DNA from: Saccharofermentanales bacterium
GTDB taxonomy: Bacteria > Bacillota > Clostridia > Saccharofermentanales > DTU023
Length of the DNA stretch: 64,000 nt
Assembly (NCBI GenBank): GCA_050945495.1
Contig: JBMNTA010000005.1
Coordinates: 19,290-83,289 of the forward strand
Direction of reading: 5' to 3'
Shown piece after piece: positions 58,283-64,000 of the stretch. A program made the position numbers and the translations under genes. Position 1 is the stretch's first letter. Every line of letters begins with the position of its first letter. Under the pieces are notes generated by a model. That model saw nothing but the letters and a program-made list of their open reading frames with translations, did no database searches and was not told the DNA's origin.

Positions 58283-59698
58283 TTATGCGTCGATGGCGCG
58301 GATCACATCGAGCGGTTCGCCGTCGCGATCGATGACTTCGGCGACGACGCGACCGGGCGACGACACGTGCGCCGGGACGCCCGCGATCGCCTCCGCTTTC
58401 GCTTTCAAATCTTCGATGCGGACGACCGGCAGGCCGGCATCCTTCAGCCGTGCGGCCAGATCCGACCGGTTCGGATGGCACGCCATCCCGTATTGCGTCA
58501 CAAGCAAGTCGATGTCCCGTCCGGGCGTCGAGATCGTTCGGACGCGATCCACGATGAGCGGCAGCCTCGCACGGATCAACGGCGCGACGATCACGGCGAG
58601 CTTGGCGCCGGCGGCCGTATCGCTGTGGCCGCCCGACCCGCCCATGATGATGCCGTTCGAATCGGTGTGCACGTTGACGTTGAACGACGTATCGATCTCG
58701 GTCGCCCCCAAAATGACCGTGTCCAAATGGTCCACGACGGCGGAACGAGACGCCGGGCTCGCATAGCGGTCGGCGCTGATTTCGATGTGACGATCGTTCT
58801 CCATGATCGAACGGACGGCGTCGCGATCAAAGCACTGCACATCCAAGAGCGTCTCAAAGAGCCCTTCCTTAAACAAATCGACGAGCAATCCCGTGATGCC
58901 GCCCGAGGCGAAGCTGCCGGTGATGTGCCCCTGTCGCATGCGCTCGCCCAACGAACGCGCCACGGCCAATGACGTGCCGCCCGCGCCCGTTTGGAACGAA
59001 AATCCGTCGACCAAAAGCCCCGACGCCTCGACGGCCTTCGCCGTGTAATCGGCGATCATGAGCCCCACGGGATCCCGCGTGACCCGCGTCGTCCCCGACA
59101 TGATCTTGTCCGGGTCGCCGATGGAATCGACGACGACCACTTGATCGACCCGCGTCTCATCGATCGAGGCGCGTTGGAGCGGATAAGGGACAAGATGATC
59201 GGTCATCACGATGACGTGATCGGCATAGCGCGCATCGGGCATGGCGTACCCGATCGAGCCGAAGGCCGTCGCGCCCTCCATGCCGTTGCAGTTGCCGGCC
59301 GGATCGGCCGTCGACGCGCCGATGAAGGCGACGTCCACGTGGGTGTCGCCGCGTTCCAGGGCGGCGGGACGACCGCCGTGGCTGCGAAAGATGACCGGCG
59401 TCTCCAGACACCCGCGGCTGATCGGTTCGCCCACGACGGCGTGCATGAAGTTGCACTCGATCCGGGTGACGACGCCCGTGCGAATGTGTTCGAGGATCGG
59501 TCGGTGGCCGGCCATGATGGCCGAGGTGTTGACGGTCAGATCACGGATGTTCAAGTCGGCGCAGGCGTCGAGCACCGCATTCAGGACGGCGTCGCCGGCG
59601 CGCAGATGGTGGTGAAAAGATACGGTCATGCCGTCGGTCAGACCCGAACGACGAATCGCTTCTTTCAGAGACGGCACCGCTTTATCGACAGTGTTCAT
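58283..59698 (-). CDS. citF: Citrate/citramalate lyase alpha subunit (ACP transferase)
   Basis: SFHHHLRAGD, RSHGGR, FQTGAGG, GGSGGHSDTAAG. Confidence 0.93.
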   Translation of the reverse strand: MNTVDKAVPSLKEAIRRSGLTDGMTVSFHHHLRAGDAVLNAVLDACADLNIRDLTVNTSAIMAGHRPILEHIRTGVVTRIECNFMHAVVGEPISRGCLETPVIFRSHGGRPAALERGDTHVDVAFIGASTADPAGNCNGMEGATAFGSIGYAMPDARYADHVIVMTDHLVPYPLQRASIDETRVDQVVVVDSIGDPDKIMSGTTRVTRDPVGLMIADYTAKAVEASGLLVDGFSFQTGAGGTSLAVARSLGERMRQGHITGSFASGGITGLLVDLFKEGLFETLLDVQCFDRDAVRSIMENDRHIEISADRYASPASRSAVVDHLDTVILGATEIDTSFNVNVHTDSNGIIMGGSGGHSDTAAGAKLAVIVAPLIRARLPLIVDRVRTISTPGRDIDLLVTQYGMACHPNRSDLAARLKDAGLPVVRIEDLKAKAEAIAGVPAHVSSPGRVVAEVIDRDGEPLDVIRAIDA

Positions 59699-60564
59699 CG
59701 GCTTCCCCCTTCGTTGTCCAAGAGGCCGCTCGCACGCGCCATGTCGAGGGTGAGCTCGGCTTGACGCACGACCGGCGGGTCGATCATTTTGCCGTGCAGC
59801 GATACGGCGCCGAGGCCTTCCGCCTTGGCGCGTTCCATCGCCTCGACCACGTCGAGGGCAAATTGCAGTTCGCGTTCGCTCGGGGCGAAGGCATCGTGGA
59901 TCGGTTGCAGGTGATGCGGCGAAATGCTGAGCTTGCCCGTGAAGCCCAACGATTTGGCAAACGCCGCGTCGTCGAAACAGCCTTGGAGATCGCGTGCGTC
60001 GGTAAACGGCGTATCGATCGCCTGAATGTCCGCGGCGCGGGCCGCATTGACAAGTCGCGTGCGGCTGTAAAAAATCTCGGTCCCCGCCTTTGTTCGCTGA
60101 CACCCGAGGTCGGCCGACAAGTCTTCGGCGCCCAGAGCGAGCGCCACCATGCGCTTCGATGCCGTCGCGGCTTCGTGCGCGAATTCGATACCGACCGCCG
60201 TCTCGATCAGGGCGATCAGTTGCACGTTGTCTGCGCCCATCCGGTCGAGTTCGCGATCGATCACGTCGATCGTCTTTTTGCCGACGACCTTCGGCACCAT
60301 CACGGTGTCGGCGCCGGCGGCGACCACGGCGCGCAGATCGTCGATGGCGTAAGGCGTGTCAATGCCGTTGATCCGCACCACGCGTTCGCGATCGCCGAAA
60401 TCAAAATCACGGAGTGCGGAGGCGACGAGTTCGCGCGCGGCGTCTTTCTCCGTCGGAGCGACGGCATCTTCGAGGTCCAGGATCAAGGCATCGGCCGGAA
60501 GCACGCCGCCGTTTTGGAGCATGTTCGGCTGATTGCCCGGCAAGAACAAAAGCGAACGTCTCAT
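59695..60564 (-). CDS. citE: Citrate/citramalate lyase beta subunit
   Basis: RRSLLFLPG, DLEDAV, VVRIN, LIET, GAEDL, GKMIDPP. Confidence 0.93.
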   Translation of the reverse strand: MRRSLLFLPGNQPNMLQNGGVLPADALILDLEDAVAPTEKDAARELVASALRDFDFGDRERVVRINGIDTPYAIDDLRAVVAAGADTVMVPKVVGKKTIDVIDRELDRMGADNVQLIALIETAVGIEFAHEAATASKRMVALALGAEDLSADLGCQRTKAGTEIFYSRTRLVNAARAADIQAIDTPFTDARDLQGCFDDAAFAKSLGFTGKLSISPHHLQPIHDAFAPSERELQFALDVVEAMERAKAEGLGAVSLHGKMIDPPVVRQAELTLDMARASGLLDNEGGSR

Positions 60565-60839
60565 CGCTCATCCCCCTCCCCCGCGGCACCGCGTTTCACG
60601 GCGGTCGCCACGCGGGCGCGAATCGTGCAGTCCAACGCGCCCTGGTCGGCCAATGCGACGGAGCCTTCGCGGACGCCCAGGTCCTCCAACACCGCGTGCG
60701 CCGTCGCCAAAATTTGATCGCCGAATTGCGCCTTGACGGGCGACTCGAGCGTCACGGTCAAGGCTTCCGCCGGCGCCACGGTGACGAGGACATCGCCCGA
60801 TTCCAATGTGCCCGCTCGGGCCCTTCGGATGAGTTCCAT
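60561..60839 (-). CDS. citD: Citrate/citramalate lyase acyl carrier protein
   Basis: AGTLESGD attachment motif, QFG, DQGALDCTIRARV. Confidence 0.93.
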   Translation of the reverse strand: MELIRRARAGTLESGDVLVTVAPAEALTVTLESPVKAQFGDQILATAHAVLEDLGVREGSVALADQGALDCTIRARVATAVKRGAAGEGDER

Positions 60840-60904
60840 GATCCTTTGCCTCTTTTCTAAAAAAATGCCGTCGCGCAGGGGCGCGACGGCGTGGTTGATT
60901 CGTC

Positions 60905-62146
60905 TTATTTCGCTTGACGCAGGGCCAAGATGCGGCTCATTTCGTTGTACGCGATCATGATGCCCTCGTCGACGCCCATGCCGGGCTTCGCCAGGATTTG
61001 CACCGGTCGGGTCGCCATGGCGACGTGCACGCAGACTTCGGCCGAACGCGACGTCTCGTTGCACGTGCCGCCCAGGTACGCGCCGACGCCCTTCTCTTTG
61101 CAGTACAGGACCGACTCGGCCGATTTGTGCAAGCTGCCGAGGTCGGGCGTTTTGATCTGAATCATGTGGCCCGCGCCCGCATCGACAAAGTCGCGGACGT
61201 CGTCGGCCGTATTGCACCATTCGTCGGCCACGAGCTCGACGGGGATCTCGCGACGGTTGACTTCTTCGGTGAGTTTCGCAAGCCAGATCAGCTGTTCTTC
61301 ACGCGATCCGGCGTCGATCGGACCCTCGATGCGCAGGGCAAACGGATCGGCCAACTCGGCCAAGCGCTCGAAGTAATCGGCGATCTTGTCGACGTTTTCG
61401 TATCCGAAGAGCATGCCGACGGTGCCGTAGACATCGAGGTGGAACACCGGATGATAGTCTTGGTGCAGACGATGCTGGATGACGCGTTCGCGCAGCCACG
61501 CGACGTAGTCGGCCAAGACATCGCCGTTCTCGCCCAATTTTTCCAAGTTGTTGATCAGGGCGTGCGGCAACACGTCGACTTCCTTCAGGATCATCTTGTC
61601 GGCGTTGTCATGGCGCATATCGCCCGACTGGGAAAAGATCGGGATCATGGTGTCGCTGACTTCGGTGCCGTATTCGTCGGCCACGACGTCGCACATCAGT
61701 CGGTTCGTCGAGCGCGCGACGGCGTCGAGCACCGCCTGGGACAGCCCGTAACGGATCGCCGTGTGCAGGCGCTTGCCGTTGTGATCTTTGAAGGTTTCAA
61801 ACGCCTCCATCGTCTCGCGAAACGACGTCAACGGCATGTCGATCAACCGCGGCGCGATCTCCCGCTCGATGACGGGAATAAAGTCGGAGGCCAGGAAGAG
61901 CGGATCGCGCCCGCCGGCGCCCGAATATTGCACGGCGGCGCAGTCGCCCCATGCCACTTGTCCGTCTTCCAGAACGAGCATCAGCGAAATGGCTTCGCCC
62001 GCTTGGCGGATGGTTTTGAAGCCCGGCGTCATCGCCTCGCCGAGGTAGAAGTTGCCGTCGCTTTTCGCGCCGGCGCGAATCGCCTTCTGATCGTCAAAGT
62101 AAAAGCCCGAGCGCCCGGGTGCGCATACTACGTTTTTGATTTTCAT
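60905..62146 (-). CDS. mal: Methylaspartate ammonia-lyase
   Basis: FYFDDQ, GDCAAVQYSGAGGRDP, VLPHAL, ADEWCNT, QIKTPDLG, AKPGMG. Confidence 0.96.
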   Translation of the reverse strand: MKIKNVVCAPGRSGFYFDDQKAIRAGAKSDGNFYLGEAMTPGFKTIRQAGEAISLMLVLEDGQVAWGDCAAVQYSGAGGRDPLFLASDFIPVIEREIAPRLIDMPLTSFRETMEAFETFKDHNGKRLHTAIRYGLSQAVLDAVARSTNRLMCDVVADEYGTEVSDTMIPIFSQSGDMRHDNADKMILKEVDVLPHALINNLEKLGENGDVLADYVAWLRERVIQHRLHQDYHPVFHLDVYGTVGMLFGYENVDKIADYFERLAELADPFALRIEGPIDAGSREEQLIWLAKLTEEVNRREIPVELVADEWCNTADDVRDFVDAGAGHMIQIKTPDLGSLHKSAESVLYCKEKGVGAYLGGTCNETSRSAEVCVHVAMATRPVQILAKPGMGVDEGIMIAYNEMSRILALRQAK

Positions 62147-62200
62147 GGTTTACGTTTCCTGAACTTTCTTTTTAATATTTGGTCGGTGCGTGAGAAGTCC

Positions 62201-63652
62201 TTATTTGGGACGTCCCACGAGACGCCCTTTACTGATGGCGTACACGTCGTCGATGACCATTTGGAACGACGCTTGTCGGTTTTCATATTTCGCCCGCTCC
62301 TGGATTTTTTCGCGGTGGAAGTCCAAAAGCTCGGGCGTCAACGGGACATTGCCCGGATGGAAGAGACGGATGGCCCCGTCGTTGTCGCGCGCCGGGAGCA
62401 TTTTGCCGGCGTTGTAACGACTGGGAGCGAACGGGATGTCGAGGACGCCGGAACGGATCGCGAGGATCGTGCCCTTCGCGATGTCGCCCTCCCCCAATTC
62501 GAAGCAACGATCCAGCACACACCGCGTCTCGGACGCGATGATGACCTTCTCGTCTTTCAAGCTGTAGGTGTTGAGGCTTTGCTCCCCCAGCATGTTGATC
62601 ATCTGACGGGTGCAGAGCATGCCGGCCGCGTTGGCCTCTTTCGTGGGCACGCCGACGGCTTCGTGCGGTGTCTTGACGATGACCTTCGTCGCGTGCGACA
62701 AGGCGGCCACGGCGCTGCCCCACGCGATGACGGCGTACGCTTTCGATTCATCTTCGGGGAACCCGCCCATCCACTGGTGCAGCACGGTCGTGACGTTGCA
62801 ATCGCCGTAGCCGTAACGGCGCAAATATTCGTCCGTCAGGCTCTGCAGGACTTGGAGGGCCGCCACGTCTTGCACGAGGTTGCCGCATTGGCCGTAACCG
62901 ACCGTGATGTTCTTCACGCCTTGCTCCGCGGCCAACAAGCTTTCGATGATGGCGACGGAGTGTGAAATGAACGGCGGGACGAGGGTGCCCGTCAAGGGAC
63001 CGTACGGCTCGCGGTTGATCGGGCAGCCGGCCTCTTCGTAGATGCCCGTCAGGCGGTCGACGTACTGCCAGTCACGGATCGTCGTCTCGAGCGAGACATC
63101 TTTGGCGTACGGAATGTTGTAAGAAATGCCGCCGCCCTCGTAGCTCGTGTAGCCGCCGGCATACGTGATTTCCGTCAACAGCCGCGCATCGGGCGTGCCG
63201 TGGCGAATTTGCAACGGCGTGTCGAGGGCGTCGATCAGCTGACGGCAGCCGGAGACACCGTGGTTGACGGCCGGGAAGCCGTTCAGCATCGCCTTTTGCG
63301 TGCGCGCCGATTCCGTGATGCCCACCTCGGCTTCGTGATAGCGATTTTGACGCGTGTAGCTGTCGATCGTCGTCGGCAAAAGATCGGCCTCGCCGACGTC
63401 CTGCAAGTACGTCAACAAATTGATCATGTCGGCGATCAGCGGGACGCCCGCACGCGGTTGCACCAGGGTGCGCCCTTCTTCCTTGGCCTTGTTCAGACGG
63501 TGGCTGAACACTTTATTCTCGGGCAAGCTCTGATGGTACGCGAAGGCCTCTTCGAGGTTGACGTCTTTGCCCGTCGGCCATTGCGTCAAAATGTCCTTGC
63601 GGACCGCCTCGAATTCATCTCGCGACCATTTTTTGTTTTTTAACTCGTCCAT
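62201..63652 (-). CDS. glmE: Glutamate (methylaspartate) mutase E subunit, B12-dependent
   Basis: [49 protein letters not shown]. Confidence 0.96.
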   Translation of the reverse strand: MDELKNKKWSRDEFEAVRKDILTQWPTGKDVNLEEAFAYHQSLPENKVFSHRLNKAKEEGRTLVQPRAGVPLIADMINLLTYLQDVGEADLLPTTIDSYTRQNRYHEAEVGITESARTQKAMLNGFPAVNHGVSGCRQLIDALDTPLQIRHGTPDARLLTEITYAGGYTSYEGGGISYNIPYAKDVSLETTIRDWQYVDRLTGIYEEAGCPINREPYGPLTGTLVPPFISHSVAIIESLLAAEQGVKNITVGYGQCGNLVQDVAALQVLQSLTDEYLRRYGYGDCNVTTVLHQWMGGFPEDESKAYAVIAWGSAVAALSHATKVIVKTPHEAVGVPTKEANAAGMLCTRQMINMLGEQSLNTYSLKDEKVIIASETRCVLDRCFELGEGDIAKGTILAIRSGVLDIPFAPSRYNAGKMLPARDNDGAIRLFHPGNVPLTPELLDFHREKIQERAKYENRQASFQMVIDDVYAISKGRLVGRPK

Positions 63653-63670
63653 GGTTGTTCCTAAGTCTCC

Positions 63671-64000
63671 TTATTCAAGCGTTCGGTCGTCGTCCGATGC
63701 GTCCGTCGCAGCGGCGATCGTACCGAGGTTTTTCAGTTCGCGCTTCATGATGCGCAACGCGATGTCGGGCTCACGCTCGGCGAGCACCCCCATCGCGGAA
63801 AGCATGTATCGGTCATCGCGGAGCACGCGCGCCTTGCGTGGCCGAAGCGACGCCGGATATGCGTCCGAATAAAGTGCGTGACGCGCGATGAACAGGGGGT
63901 CGCTCGCGTGAATGAGCGATCCGCCCGTTAAAACGATGGTGTGGACGTGCGTCAAATTCTTGCCCGTCTGCACATACACGATGCCGTGCACCGTGTAGGC
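63671..64000 (-). CDS. glmL: Glutamate mutase accessory protein GlmL/MutL, C-terminal part
   Basis: QTGKNL..VLTGG, SLRP, YMLSAMGVL; directly upstream of glmE; runs off window. Confidence 0.85.
   Translation of the reverse strand, partial: AYTVHGIVYVQTGKNLTHVHTIVLTGGSLIHASDPLFIARHALYSDAYPASLRPRKARVLRDDRYMLSAMGVLAEREPDIALRIMKRELKNLGTIAAATDASDDDRTLE

Noticed and set aside
58283-60103. Extended N-termini in the ORF track (citF 606 aa, citD 219 aa, birA 453 aa, rplA 277 aa, bioY 229 aa) as fusions
   Set aside because: Extensions overlap neighbouring genes and lack homology; downstream starts give normal-length proteins

Overview
A GC-rich chromosomal segment from an anaerobic Bacillota (Clostridia-like) bacterium; I saw no mobile element, CRISPR array, rRNA or tRNA. 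(1) ~1-22.7 kb is a catabolic region: NCS2 uracil-type permease, AEC transporter, cyclase-family amidohydrolase, FdrA/YlbE/YlbF (AllFGH-like) genes with a split-off FdrA tail, a PucR regulator, a divergent three-subunit Xdh-family molybdoenzyme, birA-bioY, a LysR regulator, and an operon joining malonate decarboxylase alpha (MdcA) to an MmdADCB-type Na+-pumping decarboxylase and an amidase. By inference these fit a possibly undescribed anaerobic oxidative pyrimidine pathway (uracil/thymine -> barbiturate -> ureidomalonate -> malonamate + carbamoyl-P -> malonate -> acetyl-CoA + Na+ gradient). (2) 26.9-30.5 kb: rpmG-secE-nusG-rplKAJL. (3) 30.6-39.1 kb: nucleoside ABC transporter, two nucleoside hydrolases and a MocA-like gene, interrupted by a promoter-RNA-terminator unit (6S-like RNA or attenuator). 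(4) 39-54 kb: acpS, DnaD/DnaC-like genes, PFOR, gpmI, an in-frame PGK-TPI fusion, PHP, GT2 and NlpC/P60 genes. (5) 54.5-64 kb: methylaspartate glutamate-fermentation genes (glmL, glmE, mal) with citDEF/citXG (probably citramalate lyase), an unexplained P-loop/AlaX-like gene and a frameshifted epimerase. All calls come from motif recognition by eye; no database searches were run.
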